DNA from: Octopus sinensis
Taxonomy: Eukaryota
Length of the DNA: 64,000 nt
Assembly (NCBI RefSeq): GCF_006345805.1
Contig: NC_043002.1
Location: 52,948,001 to 53,012,000, forward strand
Direction: 5' to 3'
The first letter of the stretch is position 1. The number at the start of each line of letters is the position of its first letter. The position numbers and the translations under genes were made by a program. The notes below the pieces were generated by a model. That model was not told the origin of the DNA, did not search any database, and was given only the letters and a program-made list of their open reading frames with translations. This document shows, in pieces, positions 1-10,984 of the stretch.

Positions 1-149
1 GAAATTTTAAAGAATTTTTATTTCTTCATTAAATAACAGATTCTGTCAAAATATAAGTAACCAGATGAGCCATGTCAATGAAGTAGATATATTTCCAAAA
101 ATAAAGAAAACTAATTACATGTTCCCCTTAAAATTTTCATTTTATAGTT

Positions 150-547
150 GCAGGCATGGTTGTGAGGTAATAAAGCTTTCTTCACAACACATGGTTCTGG
201 GTTCTGTCCCACTGTGTGGCACTTTGGACAATTATTTTTTACTATAGCCACAGGCTAACTAAAGCCTGTGAGTGGATTTCGTAGACGGAAATTGAAAGAA
301 GCCTATCATGTGTGTGTGTGTATTATATATGTATATATATGAGTGTTCCACCACCACTTGACAACTGGTGTTGGTATGTTTACATCCCCTGCAATTTAGC
401 AGTTCAGCAAAAGAGACTGATAGAATAAGTACAAGGTTTTTTTTAAAAAAAAAAGTCCTGTTTTTGATTTGACCGACTAAAACTCTTGATGGCAATGCCC
501 AAACATGGCCACAGTCAAATGACTGAAACAAGTAAAAGATAAAAGAC
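150..547 (+). mobile_element. tRNA-type SINE, family A
   Basis: Head with A/B-box-like GGTTCTGTCCC, (TG/TA) linker and tail CAGTCAAATGACTGAAACAAGTAAAAGA. Resembles the Octopus OK/OR-type SINEs from memory. Confidence 0.8.
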
Positions 548-717
548 AAACACAATATGTTCTAGACAACATAGAATAGGTTCTCTCTTTCTATGAGTTG
601 GTCTATATTAAACATCAAGAGGTCACCAAATTATCTAATACTCTTCAACGCTGTTTAAATCCAATATAATCTCTTTGTTGGGTGGAATGCCAACATCTTA
701 GCCATCAAATCTTCATT

Positions 718-1105
718 TTTATCTTTTATCTTTTACTTATTTCAGTCATTAGACTGTGGCCATGCTGGAGGCACTGTCTTCATGAATTTTTAGTTGAATG
801 AATCAACCTCAATACTTATTCCTTCTAAATCTGGCACTTTTTCTATAGGACACTTTTGTGAAACTGCTAAGTTATAGGGATGTAAACACATCAACAGCAG
901 TTATCAAGCAGTGATGGGGGAAAAACAATGCACACAAACACATAAGATGGGCTTCTTTCAGTTTCCGTCTACCAAATCCACTTGCAAGGCTTTGGTCAGC
1001 CTGAGACTATAGTAGAAGACACTTGCCCAATTTTGCCATGCAGTGGGACTGAACCTGGAACCAAGTTGCTGGGAAGCAAATTTCTTACCACGCAGCTATA
1101 CCTGC
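718..1105 (-). mobile_element. tRNA-type SINE, family A
   Basis: Reverse complement of the 150-547 copy; the two form an inverted pair ~170 bp apart. Confidence 0.8.
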
Positions 1106-4100
1106 ATCTTGTTTAGGGTTGTTCTTTTCGTTTTTTTCATTACAGTGCATATAACTGTAGTGAGGTGTAGTAAAGCTATTATCAAAACTAGAACTTGTTT
1201 AGTAACGGCAACAACAACAAAAAAAAAAAAAACAGAAAAGAAAGAAATGAACAAAATGAGAATGAATAAAATAGAGGGAGAAGGCAAAGGACAAAATGAG
1301 CAGAAACAACAGGTGTAAGCAACATACAAAGTGATCAAGAGAAAGAAGAAATGAGAGAAACTTTGTATACAAATAAATAAATAGAAAAAACAGATATTAA
1401 CATCAAATAATTGTGTCCAAAAGTACATGATTTCTCACAGACATATTTATACACGAACATCACAAGAATTTCAAGTTACATGAAAATAATAAAAAGCGAA
1501 TAAATCTTCATGTCAAAATCAGGCACATTTCTTAAAGATTTTTCATGAGTAGTTTCCAAAATAAACTACTTTATTTAAAATTCATTTAGCCTCTAGCCTT
1601 CTCTGCTGTAATGCTTCGTGTGCAAGGCAGCATAATGCTTATTAATATAATTCTCATTCAGAAACACTCTTAAAAGCATTTCACAATAAATCTATTTCTT
1701 TGGCATTAATCCCTGGTTTTAGATATTTTCATAAAATTTTTTTACTTTAAATTTACGCTGCATAAATGTGTTTGCCACCCTTAAATGGTATTTTAGAAAT
1801 CTTTACTACTTTTCACTCAACTGAGACTCAAATGGCTAAAAATATAAAAGAATATGGCTAAGGTTTCTAGAATATCTAGAATATACCTCAAAGTGTCAAT
1901 TATCATTCAAGCCATTCCATTCAATTAATCAAATGTTCCCCAATCATAAAAGCAAAAACTTATAGAATTTTGATATTTTAAACATAAAAATACTATAACA
2001 ATGTTTCTATTTCAAAGTGGTACTGAACAAAACTGCAATGAAAAGAAACAAACCAAGCTAATGGGGGGACCTTTACTTAGCCTTCCAAACTTCTAGAAAT
2101 AGCAGTCAAATATCTAGCAAAACCCACCCTGTCATTTAAAAAGTTAGGACAGATTAAATAACAAAACTGGGATGATTACAGCTGGAATATTTTTGATCAT
2201 AATTCAGTGTGATCAATCTGTCCAGGCACTAAACAACAATGCAACTACATATGACTGAAAGAAAAGGGAATACATCATCCTAGCTTATCACAGGAGTGTG
2301 GTTTCGAAAAAAAAAAACAAAAAAAAAACTTGGTGCTAAATAAATCCTCTTCATACACCTAGTAAATAGAATAAATGCTAGATTCATTGACACAAAGCTC
2401 ATGGAAGCCACATCAGAGAAGCTTCTACTGTCATGTTTTTTGTTGATCATCTCTACCTTTTCCTGCAGAGCATATATTTTGTTTGCATCACTTGTTAGAA
2501 TTAGATGTTTTTGTAATTTTTTTCTGTTCACTGGTCCTACACTGATGGTATGCATACATAAATTTGTATAAAAAAACTACACAACCTCCTAGCATGGTCA
2601 TGAAAACAAGCGACAATAAATGCATTCTGGGTAGTTGAACATTGTGGGTGGCCACTTGGGTGTGTTTCTGCAGTTCAAGCAGAATCTTCGATAAATCACT
2701 GACCTGTGTTATCACAGATCAATTTGTAATAAGTATAACATGGTTCACAACTGAGCCTACCATGTCATCCCAGATCAATGATGGATGGAATGGAATGGTG
2801 ATAAACAAGGCTTCATGTATTTCAATAAGAAATAGTACTGAAATATATAAATATTCACCAAATTACCTTAGATAACATATGTTGAACTATATCAACACTT
2901 CATTACTAAAGGCCAACTAAAGAATTTGATGCAGCCATTCAGAGAGAAAAAAAAATCAGCCAAATTTCTTTCAAAACATACTCTCTTGATAAAAAGAGAT
3001 AAAAGTAGAGAACGTACATATTAGGAGGGCTGCAGTGTCTCTAGGGGCATTGTACTTTTAGATATATCACAATTGCAAACAAGATAGAATGACCATAGTT
3101 AGAATGCTTTGATCATAAGTCTGTTTGGTCAAGGATAACCTGGGGCTAAACAACAACAGTACAAGTACACAAAGATAATTAAACAAAAGCTAATCAACCT
3201 GGTTCACTGAGTTTGTGGAAACCAATGAAGTTTTCAACCAACCCTGTTCTTTACAAGTCACAGTTAACCTAATCATAGACGTCTGCTGCTGTACCAAAAA
3301 CATGAATACACATTACTCTATAAAATAGTGTTAATTAAGCCTATTGGAAATATGGTTATATCTGATTTACAAATGCGGTATTTTAGGACATCAAGCTTCA
3401 GTGCAAATTTCGGAATAAGTTTCCATCAAAAAGTTTTATTGTATTTTTTTTTAATTATTTTATTATTTATTACCTCTAGGTTGAATGTAGAGAGCTGTGC
3501 CATGTGCAGACTAACTGAGACTGGTTTCTTCACACAACAGAGAAATAGTTGCCCAAAAGTTATATATTTTTCTCTCTTCCAAAATCTTTGTTACACATAA
3601 AATCTATCCTTTCCTTATTGTGCTAAGCTATTGTTTCTATGCTCAACATGTTTTTTTTAAAAGAAAGGCACATTTTTTTTTTCTATTATTGATAAAAAAA
3701 AAGAATCAAATTCAGTACTGCAAACTAACAAACAAACATCAATTTCATACTGCTGTTACTGCTTATAACTTCGAATTCATTATAACACACCAAAATATCT
3801 ATTTTGGGTAAAGTGATCTAGTGTACTGAAATTATTTTTTAGTCACTGACACAATTCCAGTCCCAGTGACTGAACAGGGCATCTTATAAATGGTTTGGTT
3901 GTTCAGTTATTGATCACCTCAGATAACCAAATTCTCATTGCACATGCACACACATATATTAATATGTATAAATAGGTACAGCCATAAGAGTATAGTTAAA
4001 AATTCCTCCTTGCAGTCACATGGTCTGGGATAAGTGTCTTCATTCACAGCTTTAGGTTCACCAGAGCTTTGTGAAAGAAATTTGATAGATGGAAGCTACA

Positions 4101-5321
4101 CCCGTGACCCATCATTTATATACACACACACAGATGGAAAGAAAGAAAGATAGATAGATAGATATATGAGTATGCATATCAATGAGTGACTGCTAATAGA
4201 TTAGTGCATCAAACAAAAATGTATTTAACTTGTTTGAGTTATGTCCCTTTATAACAAAGTGAATTTATCCATTTGATAGAGATTGATAAAATAAATACTA
4301 CACTAAATACTCAGGTGGATATAATGTACTAAAATTCCTAGTAGATAGGGTCCTGAAGCCAACCAATAAAAGAGTATATCATCATCGTTTTAACATCCCT
4401 TTTTGCATGCTTGCATGGGTCAGATGGAAGTTATTAAGGTAAATTTTCTACAATCAGATCCTCACTTGTTTCCAAGCAATGTAGTAATATTTCCCTATAG
4501 CTATACAGAAGAGTAGAAAACTTGTCCAAGGTGCCATGTAGTGGAACTGAAACCAAGACCACATAGTTGGGAAGTAAACTTCTGAAACCATGCAGCCACA
4601 CCTGTATCTATATCAGAGTCATGTGAAATTTCAAACTATAAACACACGCTATTTAGCAGCAACTTGGCTTGTTTCTTGAAAGCTTCAATCAATCCACAAC
4701 TTAGTCTCATCTCATAAAATGGAATTTATTAAGCTAAATAAACTACAAAATAACGCCAGTACTCTGAGTTTTTTTCCAGTGTTACCATCAATGTCACAAA
4801 AACAGATCTTAACTGACTACAATGATATATGAGAAGTGAAAAATATCTGAGAACATCGGAATATATAAAATGGAACAATTATAGTAACAGGATCTGCTGG
4901 CAATGATTCACCACCACATTTCTCGAAATGTTGGCATACTAGTACTTAAGCTGAAATAGCTTCTCTATGAACATTTCTACTTTCAGAACAACCCACTCTA
5001 CATTGCAAGAGTAATCATACTTATGTAACAGATACAAAGATAAATAGTAGAACCTGGAACTGTAACTCAAATGATATATATAATAACGACTGTCTATTTA
5101 AGTTTCTTATGCGTCTCTCTTTACTAATTAATTATACACTTTGCAAATTAACAGAAATTAAATTGATATGATTACACATTTTCATACTATAAGATAGCAG
5201 GTTTGAGATAATGAATGAATGCAATTTCATCTCTCTAAAATCTACCACTAAGAGGCATTTTCTTTGGGGGGGGGGTGTCTTTTCAATAGTTACTTTAAAT
5301 GAAAATAAATATAATCCCCTA

Positions 5322-5435
5322 AGTCTTGATATCACCTTGGAAGATGCAGAGGGGCTGGCATGGGAATGCCAGTGATGGAGAGCACTGGTTGGCTCTATGT
5401 ATGATGATGCTTCTGGGACCACTAACTTGGAATGA
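5322..5435 (+). mobile_element. RTE-like LINE C-terminal remnant
   Basis: LDITLEDAEGLAWECQ*WRALVGSMY resembles the RTE terminal EAxxLAxDRxxWRxLV motif. Confidence 0.5.
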
Positions 5436-6233
5436 CCCCAGCCAAGTTAAGCCAACCCACTTATTATCTTTATGAAAACAGATCATATGAGTGCATTTTT
5501 TACTGAGCAACCAAAATTTTTTTTTACAACAAAGTTTAAACTGTGTACTGTATATTCTGTAGTACTGCTCAGTGTCTCTGCATATTCAAGAAAGGGGGTA
5601 TGTTATGAAAAAAGCAGAAAACAACCTATTTAGACTTTCTTGGCACCACTTTTAAAAAAACTAAACTACTCAATATGATACTGCAGACTTCTCTATAAAT
5701 CTCAAAGTGAAGTGTTTTAAGTTTCAAAGGTGATTACATAGATATGAAGATTACAACCTATTAGTGTTGAAACAGAAATTCTAAATGCTACAGCTGAGAG
5801 GATGATATTTCTCTCTGGTATTTCTCAAGAAGTAAATATTTTTCTCATTGGGTTTTTGATGAAGTAAATTTAGAAATTGGATAATTGTGTTGGGGGTGGG
5901 GCAGTTTAAAAACTAAGATGTGAAGTAGGGGAATTTAGATATTAAACAATGTGAGAAGATAACTGTAAGCAAATGTAAAAATGCTTTAAATTTAAATTTC
6001 TTTTATAGAAACATGTGTGTATGTGTATGTATGCAATAATGATGATGGTGTTCATTTCACTATTCACTTCCAAAAAATTTTTAAAAAGCCCCAAAAAACT
6101 GCATGTCAAGTGCCAGACTAATGTGGAAGATACTAAACTTCAAACGGTAAACCAGACTATATCAACAAGAAGACCATTTATATCCTTACAGCAGACAAGA
6201 TATGACTAGTGTCCAGATTTTAGTAGACTTAGA

Positions 6234-6472
6234 GGGTAATGAACCCCTTCAATCATGAACGACCATGGGACTGCACCTAGAAAGTTCCCATCCAAGGCAC
6301 AAGTCTGGGCAAAGTTGTTTATGGAAGACTAGCAGTTGCTAGTCTTTTTCCATGCCACTGATGTTGGGAAAGGCAAAGGCTTGCCAATAGTGACGTTCAT
6401 TTCTACAGCTGAGTAAACTGGAGCAACATGTTATATAGTGTCTTGCCCAAGAACACAACACACAGCCCAGTC
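6234..6472 (-). mobile_element. Family B SINE (partial)
   Basis: Same signature as the 17335 copy. Confidence 0.78.
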
Positions 6473-8350
6473 ATTCTGTCACAAAATGCTTTCTTCAAAA
6501 ACTCCACCTACATATATATTTGAACCCTAATCACTCATATTTTCAAGTTCAAACATGAATATAAACTGTATAGATTCAACAATTTTTATCTCTTAGTCAA
6601 GAAAAGCTAGAGAAATACTATAGTTATATAAATGAAATATTGGTAATGTGTTTTTAACTAGGCTCAATGATTTTTGTTCTAAACATTTAGTTTGCCGGTG
6701 CATTTTAAGTTCTATTATTCTTGGGGTAGCAAAGTCCATTTTAAAGATGTTTCTGCTTTCTATGTAGAATTTCTTAATTTCTTTGCAAAAAATGATTTAT
6801 GTTTGAGCTTTGATGTTTGTAAACAATAAGTAGGTGTAGACATAATAAAGAAGTAGAAGTAAAATGTTAGTGCAATATGTTCATTAATTCACTGGCAGCA
6901 TCTATGTTTTAAATACTGTTGGCATCACCAGATTGAATAGTACTGCTCAGGTGCTGAAATCATAAGGATATTCATTTGGCAGCTGATGATGGATATATAC
7001 ATTTAATATGCTTGCTGACAGCTTATCTTTTGTGTCTTGTGTTCTCAAGGTTTTAAGTTCTTCTTCATTGAAATTTTAGTCCTCATAGTGTTAAACTTGT
7101 ACAGGGGTAATTGCTTTCTTGGTTATTTATGGTGATTTTGCTGTATACACTATAATATACACTGATATTGCATGATTGTCCTTCAGTCTTTCATACAGAT
7201 TCTAATTCTCTTAAGTGTAATGCTTGTTTAAGGGTTCCAAATTTATGGAGATTTTGTTACACACACACAGATATATAAAACAATGATTTGGTAGAGGAAT
7301 CATAAAAATGAATTCGCACTCAAGGATAAATATTATTTTTAAGGTACCATTAAAAAATAAAATTAAAACAAAAATAAAAGATTTGCAAATTTATAAGTTA
7401 TTCAGGCTAATAAAGGAACCCCTTTCCATAGAAAACATTAACTGAATAATGAATTTTTAAAAAACTATTAACTCTTACAAACTAGTAAAGGGATAAAGCT
7501 TAATTTGGTTAGTTTGAAGAGTATTGTTTGCAAAGAGGAAAAACAAAAATATTATGAAGAAATATTTGGCAAATATTTTGGAAACAGAGGAAAGAAACAT
7601 AAAGAAGATGTAGAAGAAAGGAGGAACAATAATGAAAATGGGAATTAAATAATGTAGGAAACTCGTATTTCAACAAAGTTGAAAGTAGAGGTAGGGAGAG
7701 AGAAGGAGAGAGAGAAGAAAGAGGACAGGCAGAAATGAAGACACTATTTTCTCATATTTTAATTAATTCAAATATGATTAAAAAGAAAAGGGAGTAAAGA
7801 ATGAGATGAATGAAGAAGATATAGGAAATAAAAGATCAAGAGATGGAAATAAGACACAAAGGAAAGAAAGCCTCAAATATTTCTTTAAATTTTTTTTTTA
7901 AATGATGCTTTCAATCTATTTATAAACTTAGGTCATTTAAGAGAAGCATATTAAGTTAAAATATACTGATACACTCAGACACACACACATACAGAACAAA
8001 CACACAAGCATACACAACCATATCTATATATATGAGAGATATAAAGGACAAGGGAACAAGAAATTAGGTAATGAACATTGCTAGACAACATCTGTTTCTA
8101 CTATAAGACGCAATGTGCTCGTAGATGAGTGCTTGCATATCACCTTATACTTTTGTTGGGGCTTCAAAAATGAAGAGTTTTAACAGAAACAAATGTAAGC
8201 TATTAAAATTCATTACATAATTTCTTATTCACTCATCATTTACATAAACTCTTATTTTGCTCTGTTCTCAACTAATGCTTTACTCCTGAAGCATACATGT
8301 ATTGAGTTCTAACAACAGGTAACTGGTAGCACTATACCTAAGTGAAATAT

Positions 8351-8557
8351 TGGTTTAAAATGCTGGTACAAGGCCAGAAATTTCTGGGGACGGGCTAAGT
8401 AGATTACATCAGCCCCAATGCTCAACTGGTACTTATTTCATTGACTCTGAAAAGATGAAAGGCAAGTCAATCTTGGCAGAATTAGAACACAGAATGTAAA
8501 GATGCTGTTAGGCATTTTGCCTGGTGTGCTAATGATTCTGCCATTTCACTGTCTTAA
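8351..8557 (-). mobile_element. Family C SINE with 13-bp TSD
   Basis: CTAAGTGAAATAT at 8338-8350 and 8558-8570. Confidence 0.85.
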
Positions 8558-8604
8558 CTAAGTGAAATATATATATATACATTTATATACATATAAATGT
8601 ATAT

Positions 8605-8830
8605 ACCAAAGTAAGCAGATAAATGTGAAACAAGGTGGAAAAATAGTACTTGAATACCAGAGATAGAGTAATATTCTTCATCAAAAAGCAGCAAAAATAT
8701 CATAAAAACTGTTACTCAGAGTTTCATGTTCCTGATTGTCGGACAGTTTTAAACAAAACTGTCCAAGAAAATGGCAAAGTGAAACTCTGAGTAACAGCTT
8801 TTGTGATATTTTTGATGGTTTTTAATAAAG
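8605..8830. mobile_element. Palindromic Penelope-like element relic with two degenerate hammerhead motifs
   Basis: Arms ~8675-8750 and ~8755-8830 are inverted about a central AAAC. Each reads AAAACTGT-CCrAvAA-(10-11 nt)-GAAAC-TCT-GAGTA-ACAGyTTT. Confidence 0.6.
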
Positions 8831-9041
8831 TATAAATGTGTATGTATATATATATGTGTGTGTGTGTATTCTTTTTATTCTTTTATTTGTTTCAGTCATT
8901 TGACTGTGGCCATGCTGAAGCACAGACTTTAGTTGAGCAAATCAACCCCAGGACTGCATGAGGTGGATGTAGGTGTCTTCAAAATGAAACTCGACCTCTT
9001 ACTGTCAAGTGTCCCAGATGAACCAACTCAACAGCAGGAAG

Positions 9042-9084
<43 letters not shown>

Positions 9085-9085
<1 letters not shown>

Positions 9086-10173
9086 TAGCTGGTGTACCTG
9101 GTAATTTCTGGGGGTAAAGATGTTCCATTCAAATGACTTATTACTCTGATATAAAAATGCAATTTTGTTATAACTGCCACAAAAGGTGTATTTTCCATCA
9201 TGAAAAAGTACAAAAACTGTCAGCTGGAGGAGAGATTGTTGGAGGTTGGTGAGAGAGGTTTTCGGAGGTTGGTGAAAAAGATTGTCAGAGGTTTGTGAGA
9301 GAGGTTGTTGTTCACAGAAAAAACTATTGTTTTACCATGAGTAAAGCACTATTGAAGTGTTAAGTGAAATTTGGCAATAAAGGATTGAATCCACGCTTTG
9401 CTTGCATGAAGCCACTACAAATACGTGGTGGAAAAAAATTTATCTACTGTCATGGAGAAAGTGTAACTGTAAAAATGCAGAATTATTGGAGTGATAGGCA
9501 TTCAAACAAGTATGTACAGAAATGTATGAATGAAGAGATTCAAATTAAGGAAGTGCAATACTAATAATTAGCAGTTCAAAACTGAGTAGTGAAATGCAGA
9601 ATTGGGTTGGCTGACTGTGAGAATCAAATATTGATCACTTCATTAAAAACTGCTGGCAGTATGGGTTATTTCCCTTGGGTTGTTTAAATAAAATATTAGT
9701 AATATGTTGTAGATAGGAGGATCCATTGGATAGGCCCTATAATTGATTTTTTTTCAAGAATCTATGTCATGAGGTTTCCAGACATGAGTTCTACTCACAT
9801 GTCAAATAAAGTAAAAAAGTGATATTGTCTTCAAAAATTAGAAATTGAACACACAAAAAAACAATATTCAAAGTAATCGAACACAAACAATGAAATGGGT
9901 TATTTTCCGAGTGTTTAAAAAAATATTGTGCAGGTGCTATGGGTTATTTCCCTTGGGTATTTAAAAAAAATTAGTTATATGAGGTAGATATAAAAGTCCC
10001 TTCCAGGGCCATATTATCGATTTTTTTTCAACAATCTAAGTATGTCATGAGATTTCCAGATATGAGTCCTACTCACATGTCAAGTTTCATTAAAAATCAA
10101 TAAAACGATGTGGGAGGAGTTAGCTAACAACACCACAAACAAACATACATTGATTTTCCACATAGGTAGTAGA
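9085..10173 (-). mobile_element. Non-autonomous Helitron-like element
   Basis: Minus strand A|TCTACTA 5' end at 10173 and CTAG|T 3' end at 9085 with a decayed GC hairpin. (TA)n on both sides. Internal ~145-bp duplication at 9661-9805 and 9939-10083. Confidence 0.75.
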
Positions 10174-10181
10174 TATAAATG

Positions 10182-10224
<43 letters not shown>

Positions 10225-10316
10225 ATAAAAATGGTAAGACAACAAAAGAATGAAAGAGACCTCGATATTATGTAAATAGAGGAATTTATCTCTAAATGTA
10301 ATATGTGACGATTATT

Positions 10317-10396
10317 CGGTAGCCATGATTAAACTCTGAGTTTCGGATGCCGAGGTGGAAATCCATGCTGCCATCTCTTCAGTTATCCGGCCATCG
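10317..10396 (-). ncRNA. Type I hammerhead-ribozyme-like motif
   Basis: Minus strand: CGATGGCCgGATAA-CTGAAGA-G(stem II hairpin)C-GAAA-CTC A GAG-T-T-TAATCatGGCTACCG. Core CUGANGA (10382-10376) and GAAA (10344-10341) are intact. Helix III is minimal and helix I imperfect. Predicted triplet GUU. Confidence 0.55.
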
Positions 10397-10603
10397 GAAA
10401 AAATGCCATGAAAAACGACCGTTATACAAAGGGAAATTACTGTGTGATTGACCATTATTAAGACAAAAGAGCTATTTGAATGACCACTAAGTGAGGGGAG
10501 GGAGTAAAAGTAAGGGGGGTAAAAAAGTTCATAGTATTCGCGTAAGTGTGCATGTTCATACCTACACATGGGCGCCCGCATACCCACAACATGCGCCTAA
10601 AAG

Positions 10604-10686
10604 TATGCACTCATCCACCTTCACTTGAAACGTACACAACCTCACCTGCAACCTGTACGTTTCAAGTGAAGGTGGGTGAGTGTATA
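10604..10686. repeat. 33-bp inverted repeat with 17-nt loop
   Basis: TATGCACTCATCCACCTTCACTTGAAACGTACA (10604-10636) vs TGTACGTTTCAAGTGAAGGTGGGTGAGTGTATA (10654-10686); 31/33 Watson-Crick pairs. Confidence 0.95.
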
Positions 10687-10767
10687 TATTCAAGTAAAGA
10701 TTGTTGATATATAATGATAGCTATGATGATACTTGATACTTTTGAAAAAGAATTAAACAATTCAAGT

Positions 10768-10836
10768 TGAATAATAATGAAGAAATTGACCTAATACTTG
10801 AAAATTTACCAGGATTATCATCTTCATTATTATTCA
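10768..10836. repeat. Perfect 16-bp inverted repeat just downstream of the NCX donor
   Basis: TGAATAATAATGAAGA (10768-10783) / TCTTCATTATTATTCA (10821-10836). Confidence 0.9.
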
Positions 10837-10859
10837 TTTAAAGTTTGTTAAATTTTTTT

Positions 10860-10865
10860 ACTAAC
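10860..10865 (-). promoter_or_regulatory. 5' splice donor of the NCX exon
   Basis: Minus strand CCAG|GTTAGT, close to consensus. Confidence 0.9.
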
Positions 10866-10963
10866 CTGGTTTCTTCACAAGGAAAGGTTCATCTAGCCAA
10901 ATGAAAAAAGTTTCATTCTTTTCATATTCTTCATCATCAAATACCCGTACGCGAAGAAATTTT
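10866..10963 (-). CDS. NCX: Internal coding exon of Na+/Ca2+ exchanger (second Calx-beta/CBD2 domain; equivalent of vertebrate NCX exon A/B)
   Basis: Minus strand reads ttctatcttctttcttacag|A AAA TTT CTT CGC...AAG AAA CCA G|gttagt. The 98 nt (1+96+1) translate KFLRVRVFDDEEYEKNETFFIWLDEPFLVKKP. This matches the recalled NCX CBD2 motif (vertebrate exon A KTISVKVIDDEEYEKNKTFFLEIGEP; squid NCX nearly identical) and shares the phase-2 start of vertebrate exon A. Homology is from memory, not a search. Confidence 0.95.
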
Positions 10964-10984
10964 CTGTAAGAAAGAAGATAGAAC
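10964..10984 (-). promoter_or_regulatory. 3' splice site and polypyrimidine tract of the NCX exon
   Basis: Minus strand GTTCTATCTTCTTTCTTACAG immediately precedes the open exon frame. Confidence 0.9.

Larger units (their letters stand above)
10222..10690 (-). mobile_element. Probable Penelope-like pseudo-LTR / retrozyme-like fragment
   Basis: CpG-rich insert starting abruptly after a (TA)n tract and carrying the hammerhead-like motif. Penelope-like pLTRs are known to carry type I hammerheads. No RT or GIY-YIG coding is seen, and the right boundary is uncertain. Confidence 0.5.

Noticed and set aside
2280-2875. Three overlapping ORFs and a GTCAGT donor near 2700
   Set aside because: No match to the expected next NCX peptide (...EDDDPVLAELGKP, recalled); the frames tried into this donor hit stops or had the wrong phase.
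3193-3282. ~90-nt open minus-strand segment with splice-like ends (QQTSMIRLTVTCKEQGW...)
   Set aside because: Open only in phase 0. The NCX exon ends in phase 1, where this segment has a stop. Coordinates approximate.
10312-10587. ORF MGMRAPMCRYEH... (91 aa, minus)
   Set aside because: It lies inside the hammerhead-bearing repeat and shows no recognisable domain; an incidental frame.
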